From the NCBI GenBank assembly GCA_965263455.1, contig CBDHHN010000002.1, positions 262,938 through 326,937 of the forward strand: a DNA stretch of 64,000 nucleotides, read 5' to 3'. A program made the translations under genes and the position numbers. A model generated the notes under the pieces. The model had not been told where the DNA came from and did no database searches. It worked only from the letters and a program-made list of their open reading frames with translations. The number at the start of each line of letters is the position of its first letter. Within the stretch, counting starts at the first letter, position 1. Below are positions 42,757 through 55,987 of this stretch, piece by piece. The DNA is from Acidimicrobiales bacterium. Its GTDB lineage: Bacteria; Actinomycetota; Acidimicrobiia; Acidimicrobiales; SZUA-35.

Positions 42757-43404
42757 GTGAGCCCCGCTTCCGGCGCCCAGTACTTCGAGTCGGATCCGAC
42801 CACCCCGTCCCAGCCGGGGTCGGTCGAGCTGGTGCTGCCCGACCTCCGCCTCCGGCTGACCACCGACCGGGGGGTCTTCGCCCGGGACCGGGTCGACACC
42901 GGGACCAAGTTGCTGCTGCTCGAGGGACCGGAGCCGGTGGCCGACGACCGCCACCTCCTCGATCTGGGCTGCGGGTACGGACCCATCGCCTGCACCCTGG
43001 CCCGCCGGAACCCGGAGGCCACGGTGTGGGCCGTCGACGTCAACGCCCGGGCCCGCGACCTGTGCCGGGCCAACGCCGCCGACGCCGGCCTGACCAACGT
43101 GGAGGTGGCCGAGCCCGACGCCGTCCCGGCCGAGGTCCGGTTCGACCGGGTGTGGTCCAACCCCCCGATCCGCATCGGCAAGCGGGCCCTCCACAGTCTC
43201 CTCGACCGCTGGCTGGCCCGCCTGACCCCGACCGGCTCGGCCCACCTGGTGGTGCAGCGCCATCTCGGGGCCGACAGCCTCCACCGCCGTCTCGAAGACC
43301 GGGGCTGGCGGGTCGAACGTCGGCGGAGCCGCCAGGCCTTCCGCCTGCTCGACGTCGGCCCGGGGTCGGGCCCGACCTCGTCCGCGACCGGAGCGGACGC
43401 GTGA
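42757..43404 (+). CDS. Class I SAM-dependent methyltransferase (MTS / RsmC-like small domain).
   Basis: The GTG at 42757 is in frame within ORF 42265..43404, whose 5' part is antisense to def. Motifs are DLGCGYGPI and SNPPIRIG (NPP[FIH]-type N-methyltransferase). Confidence 0.7.
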   Translation: MSPASGAQYFESDPTTPSQPGSVELVLPDLRLRLTTDRGVFARDRVDTGTKLLLLEGPEPVADDRHLLDLGCGYGPIACTLARRNPEATVWAVDVNARARDLCRANAADAGLTNVEVAEPDAVPAEVRFDRVWSNPPIRIGKRALHSLLDRWLARLTPTGSAHLVVQRHLGADSLHRRLEDRGWRVERRRSRQAFRLLDVGPGSGPTSSATGADA

Positions 43405-44042
43405 GCGCCGCGGCCGACGGCGGGGACCCGAACGGCGGAGCACGGGGCGACCGGGCCCGGCGCCGTCGGCGTGCCGGGGCCGAGACCGGCCCCAAGCCCC
43501 TCTCCCCCACCGACCTCAAGCGGCTCCACCGGCGATGGCGGCGCAGCACCGACCTCCGGCTGGCCCTGATCCTCGACGGGGTGCAGAAGCCGTACAACGT
43601 CGGGGCCCTGCTGCGGTCGGCCGCGGCCTACAACGTCGAGACGATCTGGACCGTGCCCCCCGCCCCCGACCTGGCCCATCCGTCGGTGGCCCGCACCGCC
43701 CTGGGCTCGGACAAGTTCGTTCAGCACCGACCGGCCGAGTCGAGTTCCGACGCCCTCTACCAGGCCAGCAGCGAGGGCTTCGTCACCGTGGCCATCGAGC
43801 TGACGGCCGACGCCCGCCCCCTCCACACCCTCGACGCCGGAACGGCCCTGTGCCTGGTGTTGGGTCACGAGGACCGCGGGGTCCACTCCACCACCCTGGC
43901 CCACGTCGACCACGTGGCCTTCCTCCCCCAGTTGGGCAAGGTCGGCTCACTCAACGTGGCCCATGCCGGCACCGCCGCCCTGTACGAGGTGGCCCGCCAG
44001 GCCTGGGTTCGGGGTGAGGTGACCGGCGCGGCCGACGACTAG
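43401..44042 (+). CDS. TrmH/SpoU family RNA methyltransferase.
   Basis: The GTG at 43401 overlaps the upstream stop (GTGA). Motifs are ILDGVQKPYNVGALLRSAAA, LVLGHEDRG and GSLNVAHAGTAALYE. Confidence 0.75.
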   Translation: MSAAADGGDPNGGARGDRARRRRRAGAETGPKPLSPTDLKRLHRRWRRSTDLRLALILDGVQKPYNVGALLRSAAAYNVETIWTVPPAPDLAHPSVARTALGSDKFVQHRPAESSSDALYQASSEGFVTVAIELTADARPLHTLDAGTALCLVLGHEDRGVHSTTLAHVDHVAFLPQLGKVGSLNVAHAGTAALYEVARQAWVRGEVTGAADD

Positions 44043-45862
44043 GCCCGCAGCGGGTCGACGGCGATCCGCACCCGCTCGGCCGGACGCGGGGCGGCGGCCA
44101 GGAGATCGGCCAGCGCCTCCCCGTCGTCGGCCCGGATCAGGTAGCGATCGTCGTCTCGGGGACCGAGCACCCGCACCGAGGCCGGATCGGCCTGCTCGGA
44201 AACGGTCCGGGCCAGGGCCCCGGCGCCCGGGCCGGCCAGCTCGGCCAGGGCCCCGAACGGTGGGAAGCCCAGGGCTCGGCGGACGTCGGTCTCCTCCGCC
44301 ACCAGCCGACCGGGATCGGCCCGCACGGCCGCGGCCAGGACCCGGTGGCCGGGCACCCGGGTCTGGACCAGGATCCGCCCGCCGGCGTCGCGACCCCCGA
44401 CGAGCTGGGCGGCCCGGACCAGCAGGGTCATGGCCTGCTCGGCCGCCCGGTACCGGGGGGCCAGCAGCTCCTGGTCGAAGTCGAGGAACGCCACGGTCCG
44501 GGCCCGCAGCACCTTGTGGAGGGCGGCCTCGGTCCCGACGACGACCCGGCTCCGCTCCCGGTCGACCTCGTCGGCGTCGGCGCTGAGTTCGTCGACCGGC
44601 TCCCCCAGCAGAGCCGACAGCTCCTCGGCGGCCCGGGTGACCCCGAGGCGGAGCCGCTTGAGCCGAGTGCTGTGGCACACGGCGCAGACCAGAGGGCGGG
44701 TCTCCCCGGTGGCCAGACACAGGAGGCGACCGTCGCGCTCGACCATCAGTCGCTCGCCGTCGGTCGTGCGGGCCGGTTCGCCGCAGGCCCCGCAGGCCAG
44801 CATCGAGGCCCGTCCTTTGCGGTTGAGCACGGCCACGGCCCGGCCCCCGTCGCGCAGCACCTCGACCAGGCGGCCGGAGAACAGTCCCCGCCTCCCGGGC
44901 TCGTCGTCCCGACGGTCGACCGGTTCCACCACCGGCCAGGCCTGACGTTCCCGGGCCCGGGCCGGTTCCCGCCGGTGGTCGGCCCGGTGCACGGCCTCCA
45001 GGGTGGGCGACGGCGACAACAGCCAGCACGGTATCCCGGCCCGGCGGGCCCGCTCGACGGCCACGTCCCGGGCGTGCCACGTCGGGTGCCGCTCCTCCTG
45101 GAGTCCCTCGTCGTGCTCGTCGACCACGGCGATCAGGGCCAGGTCGGCGACCGAGGCCCACACGGCCGAGCGGGCCCCGAGGACGACCCCGCCCCGGGAG
45201 GCTGCGGCGGCCCAGTCGCGGGGGTGGACGCGCACGGCCAGACCCCGCTGACGGAGCCGACCGGCCAAGGCCCGGGCCTCGGCCAGGCGGGGAACGATGA
45301 CCAGGCACGAACCCCGGCCGGCGGCCTCGGCCAGCCAGCCGATGACGTCGTCGCCGGGACCGTGGCGGATCACGGTCAGGTCGGATCGGGGCGCGACCGG
45401 CGACGGGGCCGGGGGCCGGTCCAGCGACCGGACCACCCGGGGCGGCGACGCCGTCCGCAGCACCGCCCCCATCCGCCCCTGCCACCGGTGGGCGGCCCAG
45501 CGGGCCAGATCGACGACCTCGGGCGACGGCCCGACCGAGCGCACGGCCGAGATCGGACGGAGGTCGAATCCCACCGACTGGCCCGAACCGGTCCCGGTCA
45601 GGTCGACGGCGGTGACCCAGCCGGTGACCCGGCGGCCGTTCAGCTCGACCCTGACCTCGGCGCCGACCGCGATCCCGGCCGCCAGGGACTCCGGGACGGC
45701 GTAGTCGAACTCCTTGTCGAGGCCCGAGACGTCGGGCAGGACCCGGACCACGGCGGCCGACCGACCGACGTCGGCCGGGGTCGACTCGGACACACCTGCC
45801 CGGACGTCGGACGTGCTGGTCTCCGCCGGACCGGGATCGAAGAGGCGACCGGTGTCCGACAC
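44039..45862 (-). CDS. priA: Primosomal protein N' (PriA), actinobacterial type with a degenerate Walker A motif.
   Basis: It has the N-terminal 3'-DNA-binding block (DKEFDYAVPE...VRVELNGRRVTGWV), a DEHD box (VVDEHDEG) and a Cys-rich zinc region (CGACGEP...CAVCHS). It lies next to metK, as in mycobacteria. Confidence 0.8.
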   Translation of the reverse strand: MSDTGRLFDPGPAETSTSDVRAGVSESTPADVGRSAAVVRVLPDVSGLDKEFDYAVPESLAAGIAVGAEVRVELNGRRVTGWVTAVDLTGTGSGQSVGFDLRPISAVRSVGPSPEVVDLARWAAHRWQGRMGAVLRTASPPRVVRSLDRPPAPSPVAPRSDLTVIRHGPGDDVIGWLAEAAGRGSCLVIVPRLAEARALAGRLRQRGLAVRVHPRDWAAAASRGGVVLGARSAVWASVADLALIAVVDEHDEGLQEERHPTWHARDVAVERARRAGIPCWLLSPSPTLEAVHRADHRREPARARERQAWPVVEPVDRRDDEPGRRGLFSGRLVEVLRDGGRAVAVLNRKGRASMLACGACGEPARTTDGERLMVERDGRLLCLATGETRPLVCAVCHSTRLKRLRLGVTRAAEELSALLGEPVDELSADADEVDRERSRVVVGTEAALHKVLRARTVAFLDFDQELLAPRYRAAEQAMTLLVRAAQLVGGRDAGGRILVQTRVPGHRVLAAAVRADPGRLVAEETDVRRALGFPPFGALAELAGPGAGALARTVSEQADPASVRVLGPRDDDRYLIRADDGEALADLLAAAPRPAERVRIAVDPLRA

Positions 45863-45884
45863 TCGGTTCCGGCGGCCGTCGACC

Positions 45885-47081
45885 TCAGAGGCCGAGGAAC
45901 GCCTTCAGGTCGGCCGCCCGATCGGTCCGCTCCCAGGTGAAGGAGGTGCCGGCGGACCGGCCGAAGTGCCCGTAGGCGGCGGTCGGCCGGTAGATGGGCC
46001 GCCGCAGGTCGAGGGCGTCGAGGATGGCGCCGGGGCGGAGGTCGAACACCTCGTTGACGGCCTCGGCGATGCGCTGGGGATCGGCCTCGGCCGTGCCGAA
46101 GGTCTCGACCATGATCGACACCGGCCGGGCCACGCCGATGGCGTAGGCCACCTGGACCTCGCAGCGGGCGGCGGCGCCGGAGGCCACGACGTTCTTGGCC
46201 ACCCAGCGGGCGGCATAGGCGGCCGAGCGGTCGACCTTGGACGGGTCCTTGCCCGAGAAGGCGCCCCCGCCGTGGCGGGCGGCGCCGCCGTAGGTGTCGA
46301 CGATGATCTTGCGTCCGGTGAGCCCGGCGTCGCCCACCGGTCCGCCGATCACGAATCGGCCGGTCGGGTTGACCAGGACCTCGTAGGGGTCGTCGGCGAA
46401 CTGTTCGGGGATGACGGGCCGGATCACCTGGTCGATCAGGTCGGGCCGGATCATGTCGTCCCGGTCGATGCCGTCGTCGTGCTGGGTCGAGATCAGCACC
46501 GTCTTGAGCCGCACCGGCCGGCCGTCCTCGTAGTCGAACGTGACCTGGGTCTTGCCGTCAGGTCGGAGGTACGGCACGGTTCCCGCCCGGCGGACCTCGG
46601 CCAGGCGCTCGGCCATGCGGTGGGCCAGGTGGATGGGCAGGGGCATGGCCTCGTCGGTCTCGTCGCAGGCGTAGCCGAACATCATCCCCTGGTCGCCGGC
46701 GCCCTGCTCGTCGTAGGCGTCGCCGGTGGCCCCGGTGGAGCGCACCTCCTCCGACTTGTCCACCCCCTGGGCGATGTCGGGCGACTGCTCGTCGATCGCC
46801 ACCATGACGCCGCAGGTGTTGCCGTCGAAGCCGTAGGACTCCTTGTCGTACCCGATGCCGGTGATGGTGCGACGGACGACGGCGGCGATGTCGACGTAGG
46901 CGTTGGTCGAGATCTCACCGGCCACGATGGCCAGACCGGTCGTGACCAGGGTCTCGCAGGCGACGCGCGACATCGGATCCTGCTCCAACAGGGCGTCGAG
47001 GATGGCGTCCGAGATCTGGTCGGCCATCTTGTCGGGATGGCCCTCGGTCACGGACTCGGAGGTGAAGGTGTAGGAGTTCAC
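45885..47081 (-). CDS. metK: S-adenosylmethionine synthase.
   Basis: The sequence has [13 protein letters not shown]...[12 protein letters not shown]...[16 protein letters not shown]. Confidence 0.97.
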   Translation of the reverse strand: MNSYTFTSESVTEGHPDKMADQISDAILDALLEQDPMSRVACETLVTTGLAIVAGEISTNAYVDIAAVVRRTITGIGYDKESYGFDGNTCGVMVAIDEQSPDIAQGVDKSEEVRSTGATGDAYDEQGAGDQGMMFGYACDETDEAMPLPIHLAHRMAERLAEVRRAGTVPYLRPDGKTQVTFDYEDGRPVRLKTVLISTQHDDGIDRDDMIRPDLIDQVIRPVIPEQFADDPYEVLVNPTGRFVIGGPVGDAGLTGRKIIVDTYGGAARHGGGAFSGKDPSKVDRSAAYAARWVAKNVVASGAAARCEVQVAYAIGVARPVSIMVETFGTAEADPQRIAEAVNEVFDLRPGAILDALDLRRPIYRPTAAYGHFGRSAGTSFTWERTDRAADLKAFLGL

Positions 47082-48346
47082 GGTCGGCTTTCGTCGTCGG
47101 GCAGTCGGTTCGCTGCGGCGTCGAGCACGGCATCGGCAACGGCAATCTTGTCGCTGAGGGGAATGTCTATCACCGAGCCGTCGGCTCCGAACAGGGTGAC
47201 TGCGTTGGTTTCATGGGCGAATCCCACCCCCGGGGCCGAAACGTCGTTGGCCACGATGAGGTCGGCGCCCTTCCGCTGGAGCTTGCCCAGGGCGTTGGCC
47301 CGGAGGTCGGAGGTCTCGGCGGCGAAGCCGACGAGGACCTGACCGCCCGGTTTGGCCCGGCCCAGGGCGGCCAGGATGTCCTCGGTCCGCTCCAGGGTGA
47401 TGACGGGGACACCGTCGGCCTTCTTGATCTTGCCCTCGGCCACGGCGGCCGGGCGGAAATCCGCCACGGCGGCGGCCATGACCACGATGTCGAACCCGGC
47501 CGCTCGGGTCGTCACCGCCTCGTGCATCTCGGCCGCCGTGGTCACGTCGATCCGCTCGACACCGTCGGGGGCCACCAGGTCGACGGTGGTGACCAGGGTG
47601 ACGTCGGCCCCTCGGCGCCGGGCCACCTCGGCCAGGGCGTAGCCCTGCTTGCCGCTGGAGCGGTTACCGATGAAACGGACCGGGTCGATGGCCTCCCGGG
47701 TTCCCCCGGCCGTGATCAACACGGAGCGACCGGCCAGCGGATCGTCCGGCCGCGCCGCCTTCGCCGCCCCCTGGGCCGACCCGGGGGCGGGCGTCGTCGT
47801 CGGGCCGTCGCCGGTCAACACGTCGACCACGGCGGCCACCACCGTGGCGGGGTCGGCCAGCCGGCCCTTGCCGCTGTCGCCCCCGGCCAGGCGGCCCTCC
47901 TCGGGCGGGACGATGATGACGCCGCGGGCGGCCAGGACCTCGAGGTTCTCGACCGTGGCCGGGTGCTCCCACATCTCGGTGTGCATGGCCGGACAGACGA
48001 TGACCGGGGCCATCGTGGCCAGCAACGTGGCGCTCAGGAGGTCACCGGAGCGGCCGGTCCGCAGGTCGGAAAGGATGCGGGCGGTGGCCGGACAGACCAG
48101 GATGACGTCCGCCGTCTGCCCCATGCGGGTGTGCGGGATGTGGTCCCGGTCCTGCCACAGGCTGGTCTTGACCGGCTCCGAGGCCAGCGCCGTGAACGTG
48201 GTGGGTCCGACCATGTGGTGGGCCGCATCGGTCAGGATCGGCGTCACGTGGGCCCCGAGGTCGACCAGGCGGCGGCACACCTCGATGGCCTTGTAGGCCG
48301 CGATGCCCCCGGTCACCCCGAGGACGACCTTGCGGCCCTCGAGCAT
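47078..48346 (-). CDS. coaBC: Bifunctional phosphopantothenoylcysteine decarboxylase / phosphopantothenate--cysteine ligase.
   Basis: It has a flavoprotein N-domain ([22 protein letters not shown]) and a CoaB domain ([25 protein letters not shown]). Confidence 0.93.
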   Translation of the reverse strand: MLEGRKVVLGVTGGIAAYKAIEVCRRLVDLGAHVTPILTDAAHHMVGPTTFTALASEPVKTSLWQDRDHIPHTRMGQTADVILVCPATARILSDLRTGRSGDLLSATLLATMAPVIVCPAMHTEMWEHPATVENLEVLAARGVIIVPPEEGRLAGGDSGKGRLADPATVVAAVVDVLTGDGPTTTPAPGSAQGAAKAARPDDPLAGRSVLITAGGTREAIDPVRFIGNRSSGKQGYALAEVARRRGADVTLVTTVDLVAPDGVERIDVTTAAEMHEAVTTRAAGFDIVVMAAAVADFRPAAVAEGKIKKADGVPVITLERTEDILAALGRAKPGGQVLVGFAAETSDLRANALGKLQRKGADLIVANDVSAPGVGFAHETNAVTLFGADGSVIDIPLSDKIAVADAVLDAAANRLPDDESRP

Positions 48347-48357
48347 GGAGCGTCCCG

Positions 48358-48675
48358 TCAGGCGACGTCGTCGCCCGCGTCCCCGGCCTCCTCAGCAGGG
48401 GCCACGGGCACGATCTTGTCGGCTGCGATCTCCTCGAAGGCGATCGACAACGGCTTGCGGGCGACCGAGGTCACCTGGGGCGGCACCTTGGCCCCCAGCC
48501 CCTCGCCCAGCTGGCCGAAATAGGCGTTGATCTCTCGGGCCCGGGTGGCGGCGAGCGTGCACAGACCAAACTTGCTACTGGTCTTGGTCATCAGCTCCTC
48601 GACACCGGGGCTCATCATCGTGTCATACGAATCGGCCATCGCTACCTCCAGTCGACCGGCCATCCTATCGGCCAT
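48358..48675 (-). CDS. rpoZ: DNA-directed RNA polymerase subunit omega.
   Basis: The sequence has SKFGLCTLAATRAREIN...PLSIAFEEIA and sits between gmk and coaBC. The true start may be an internal Met (MADSYD...). Confidence 0.85.
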   Translation of the reverse strand: MADRMAGRLEVAMADSYDTMMSPGVEELMTKTSSKFGLCTLAATRAREINAYFGQLGEGLGAKVPPQVTSVARKPLSIAFEEIAADKIVPVAPAEEAGDAGDDVA

Positions 48676-48708
48676 CGGCGTGGCCTCCCCGCGTTCGAGG
48701 GCGGCGGC

Positions 48709-49290
48709 TCAGCGATCGCGGTCGGACGACACGACGCCCCGACCGGCCCGCGCCTTCTCGATGGCGGTCCACATGTCCAGCACCGTCTGGTCGATGTCGA
48801 CGTTGACGATGACGGTGGCACCGAGTTCACGCCCGGCATCGGCCTCCTCGGCTGCCTTGGCCAACCGTTGCCGGACCTTCTCCGGCGGGTCGCCGCGGTG
48901 GCGCAGGCGTGCCTCCTGCTCCTCGGGCGACGGGGCCATCAGGAAGATGAGCAGGGCCTCGATGTCCCGGGCCACCACCTGGCGGGCCCCCTGCACGTCG
49001 ATCTCGAGCACGATGTCGCGACCGGTGGGGGCGTCGGGTAGCGGGGTCCCGTAGTAGTTGTCGAGGAACTCGGCGTACTCCAGGAAGCCGCCGGCCTCGA
49101 TCTTCGCCTCGAACTCCGGGCGTGACACGAAGACGTACGCATCCTCGGCCTCACCCGGTCGGCGGGGCCGCGTCGTCCAGGACCGGCTGAGCCACAGCTC
49201 GGGGTAACGCTCGACGAGCTTGCCGACGACCGTGCCCTTGCCGACCCCGCCCGGCCCGGAGACGACGATGACCAGCGGCTCAGGGTTCAG
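48709..49290 (-). CDS. gmk: Guanylate kinase, with no canonical start codon; probable CUG start overlapping the mihF stop.
   Basis: The ORF track starts at GTG 49128 ([10 protein letters not shown]). The in-frame upstream sequence encodes [54 protein letters not shown], which contains the P-loop and the GMP-binding TTR. That stretch has no in-frame ATG, GTG or TTG. The CTG at 49288-49290 has GGAGG 7 nt upstream. Confidence 0.8.
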   Translation of the reverse strand: MNPEPLVIVVSGPGGVGKGTVVGKLVERYPELWLSRSWTTRPRRPGEAEDAYVFVSRPEFEAKIEAGGFLEYAEFLDNYYGTPLPDAPTGRDIVLEIDVQGARQVVARDIEALLIFLMAPSPEEQEARLRHRGDPPEKVRQRLAKAAEEADAGRELGATVIVNVDIDQTVLDMWTAIEKARAGRGVVSSDRDR

Positions 49291-49601
49291 GAGAAGGCCT
49301 CCAGGAGTGCTTTGCGCTGCTGCGGACCGAGACCGGAGAGTCGTCGGGACTCGGCGATGCCGATGTCCTCCATTGTACGACGGGCGGTGACCTTGCCGAC
49401 ACCGGGCAGCGACTCGAGCACCGCCAGCACCTTGATCTTGGCCACGATCTCGTCCTCGTCGGCCTGGGCCAACAGCTCGGCCAGGGTGATGCTCCCCATC
49501 TTGAGCCGATTCTTCACATCGGAACGGACTCGGCGGGCCTCGGCAGCCTTCTCGAGTGCGGCGGCTCGCTGCTCGGGGGTTAGTTGCGGGGGCTTTGGCA
49601 T
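49287..49601 (-). CDS. mihF: Integration host factor, actinobacterial type (mIHF).
   Basis: [44 protein letters not shown]...[28 protein letters not shown] is a typical mIHF sequence. Confidence 0.9.
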   Translation of the reverse strand: MPKPPQLTPEQRAAALEKAAEARRVRSDVKNRLKMGSITLAELLAQADEDEIVAKIKVLAVLESLPGVGKVTARRTMEDIGIAESRRLSGLGPQQRKALLEAFS

Positions 49602-49674
49602 GAGTGAACTGTATCGAGACTGGAGGGAAGCGGTGCCATACCCGGCCAGGAGAAACCGAGTTCGGAACAGAAGG

Positions 49675-50415
49675 TCACGAGATTCCGGCGAAGAGAGCGG
49701 CTGCTGCCGCCACCGGATCGTCGGCCAAGGTGACGGCCCGGCCCACCACCAGCAAGTCGGCCCCGCCGGCCAGTGCCTCCTGCGGCGTCACGGCCAGCGG
49801 CTGGTCGTGACGCTCTGCGCCCTCGGCCCGGATGCCGGGAACCACTCGCTGCAACCGCGGCGCCAGCTCCCGGACATTCTTCAAATCCGGACCGGAACAA
49901 ACGATCGATTTGCAGCCCGCCTCCACGGCCAGACGGAGCCGATTGGGAACAATATGGTCGGGGGCGTCGGCATCACTTGTGAGCACCGTGATGGCAACAG
50001 CGGTCGGTTCTTCCAGTCCGGCGTTGCGCGCACCTTCCTGAAATCCCTCAACACCCGCCTTCAACATTGTTGAACCACCTTGGGCGTGAATAGTGAGATA
50101 GGTGGCCCCGAGGGCGCCGCAGACGGCGGCGGACTTGTTGACCGTGGTCGGGATGTCGTACAGCTTCATGTCGAGGAACACGTCGAAGCCGTTGTCGAGC
50201 ATGGTGCCCACGGCGTCCGGCCCGGCGGCGGTGTAGAGCTCGAGGCCCACCTTCGCCACCCCGAACCAGGGGGACAGCTGGCGGGCCAGCCGGAGGCCGT
50301 GGACCAGATCGTCCACGTCCAGAGCCAGGGCCATGCGGGCCCGCAGCTCGGGGGGAAGGCCTTCGGAGGCAGGGGCGGTGCCGGCGGCGGTGCCGCCGGC
50401 CGTGATCTCGGTCAT
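49675..50415 (-). CDS. pyrF: Orotidine 5'-phosphate decarboxylase.
   Basis: The sequence has ALDVDD...DMKLYDIPTT...TIHAQGG...VVGRAVT. Confidence 0.9.
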   Translation of the reverse strand: MTEITAGGTAAGTAPASEGLPPELRARMALALDVDDLVHGLRLARQLSPWFGVAKVGLELYTAAGPDAVGTMLDNGFDVFLDMKLYDIPTTVNKSAAVCGALGATYLTIHAQGGSTMLKAGVEGFQEGARNAGLEEPTAVAITVLTSDADAPDHIVPNRLRLAVEAGCKSIVCSGPDLKNVRELAPRLQRVVPGIRAEGAERHDQPLAVTPQEALAGGADLLVVGRAVTLADDPVAAAAALFAGIS

Positions 50416-50486
50416 GGATCTGCTTCTCCTCGAATGGAGCGGCGGGACGGAGGCGGGAGCCCGTCGTCGGCCGCGGTTGTCGGGCT

Positions 50487-51420
50487 TCAGCGGTCGCCCA
50501 GGTTGGCCGTCCCGATCAGATCGGTGAAGCGCGGGACTCCCTGCTTAGCACACCAACGATCGAGATCGGCGGTGAGCCGACCGCAGGTACGGGGATCGGC
50601 CAGGGTAGCCGTACCGACCTGAACCGCCGCAGCTCCGACCCGGGCGAATTCCACCACGTCGTCCACCGTGGCCACGCCACCCACACCGATGATGGGCAGG
50701 TCGGGCCGGGCGGCGTGGACGTCGGCCACCGCCCGTACGGCCAGTGGATGGATGGCGGGACCGGAGACGCCGCCCCGGATCCCGCCCAGTCGAGGTCGCC
50801 CGGTGACCGGGTCGACGCTGAGGCCGAAGTAGGTGTTGACCAGGGTGACGGCCTCGGCCCCACCGTCGTGGGCGGCGGCGGCGATGTCGACCAGTCCGGG
50901 GCCGACGTTGGGGCTGAGCTTCGCCCACCGCGGTCGGCCGCACCCCTCGGTCACGGCCAACACGGCCGAGGTCAGCTCGGTCGAGTGGGCGAACAGCTCG
51001 TTGCCCGACTCGGTGTTGGGGCAGGAGATGTTGACCTCGACCGCCACCACCTCGGGCCCGACGTCGGCCAGGAGTTCGGCCGCCTGTTTGTAGTCGTCGA
51101 CGGTCCGACCCCAGATCGACACCACGACCCGGGCTCCCGTGGCCACCAGATCCGGCAGTTCGCGGTCGAGCCAGGCCGGCAAACCCGGCCCCTGGAGACC
51201 GACACTGTTGATCATCCCGGCCGGGGTGGCATGGACCCGGACCGCAGGGTTGCCGTCCCAGGGCCACGGGGCCAGCGACTTGACCACCACCGCCCCCAGC
51301 GCGGCCAGGTCGACGTAGGCCGACAGCTCCGCCCCGTGACCGGCGGTGCCCGAGGCGGTCATGATCGGGCTCGGCAGTTCGACCGAGCCCACCCTGGTCG
51401 ACACATCGACGGCTCCGGTG

Positions 51421-51428
<8 letters not shown>
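50487..51428 (-). CDS. pyrD: Dihydroorotate dehydrogenase, class 1 (cytosolic type, Cys catalytic base).
   Basis: The sequence has NISCPN, ...KLSPNV...GGVSGPAI... and IIGVGGV. The start overlaps the carB 3' end by 8 nt. Confidence 0.88.
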
Positions 51429-54806
<3,378 letters not shown>

Positions 54807-54807
<1 letters not shown>

Positions 54808-55913
54808 CAGGCCCCCTTGCCCATCAACTCGTCGAACCGGTCGAACAGGTAGGCGCTGTCATGGGGACCGGGACTGGCTTCGGGATGGTGCTGGACGCTG
54901 AAGGCGGGCGCCTCCAGCACCCGCAGCCCCTGGCACACCCCGTCGTTCAGGTTGACGTGGGTGATCTCGGCCACGTCGGCCACCGACTCGGGGTCGACGG
55001 CGAAGTTGTGGTTCTGGCTGGTGATCTCCACCTTGCCCGTCCCGGTGTCCTGCACCGGATGGTTGGCCCCGTGGTGGCCGAACGGAAGCTTGACGATGTC
55101 GGCCCCGATGGCCAGGGCCAGGATCTGGTGTCCGAGGCAGATGCCGAAGATCGGCACCCGGCCCAGCAGGGCGCGGACGGTGTCGACGGCGTAGTCGACC
55201 ACGGTCGGATCGCCGGGGCCGTTGGACAGGAACACCCCGTCCGGCTCCAGGGCCAGGATGGCCTCGGGCCCGGTCGAGGCCGGGACCACGTGCACGGTGG
55301 CGTAGCGCGACAGGTGGGTGGCGATGGTCCTCTTCATCCCGAAGTCGAGGGCGACCACGGTCCGCGGCCCCTCCCCCACCACGTAGGGCTCGGGCGTGGT
55401 CACCTGGGCCACCAGGTCGATCCCGTCGGTGCCCGGCTCGGCCGCGGCGGCGGCCCGCAGATCGTCGACGGTGGTGGCCCCCGGGCCCTCGACCGGGCCG
55501 AAGGCGCCGGGTAGGGCCCCCTGGACCCGGAGCAGCCGCGTCAGACGGCGGGTGTCGACCCCGGCGATGCCGGCCAGTTCCCGATCCCGCAGATATCGGC
55601 CGAGATCGTGGTCCGAGCGCCAGTTCGAGTGGCGGCGGGCCAGGTCGCGGACCACGACCCCCCGGGCGAAGAGACCTCGGGACTCCTCGTCGTCGGTCGT
55701 CACCCCGTAGTTGCCGATGTGGGGGTAGGTGAAGGTGATGATCTGCCCGGCGTAGGACGGGTCGGTCAGCACCTCCTGGTAACCCACGAGGGCGGTGTTG
55801 AACACCACCTCGCCCGAGGCGATCGCTCCATCGGGAACGGCCCCGATGTGCTCGCCCTCGAAGACCGATCCGTCGGCCAGAACCAGGGCCGCGGCCCGTA
55901 GCTCGTCGTTCAC
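54807..55913 (-). CDS. carA: Carbamoyl-phosphate synthase small (glutamine amidotransferase) subunit.
   Basis: A GATase triad region is present ([15 protein letters not shown]). Confidence 0.95.
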
Positions 55914-55987
55914 TGCTGCTCCTGTGTCGTGTCGTTGGTTGTGCCCCGCCGCCGGGCCGTCATCCGGCCCTCGTCATCGGTTCCCCG

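Noticed and set aside
44039-44042. Convergent stop codons of the TrmH-like gene and priA sharing the tetranucleotide CTAG.
   Set aside because: The overlap is real but trivial: a 4-nt convergent overlap has no obvious regulatory meaning.
43947-45485. A 512-aa Arg/Pro/Gly-rich minus-strand ORF overlapping priA, and a similar one at 28122..29510 overlapping pheS.
   Set aside because: These are alternate frames of the real genes, with extreme low-complexity composition and no start or RBS context.
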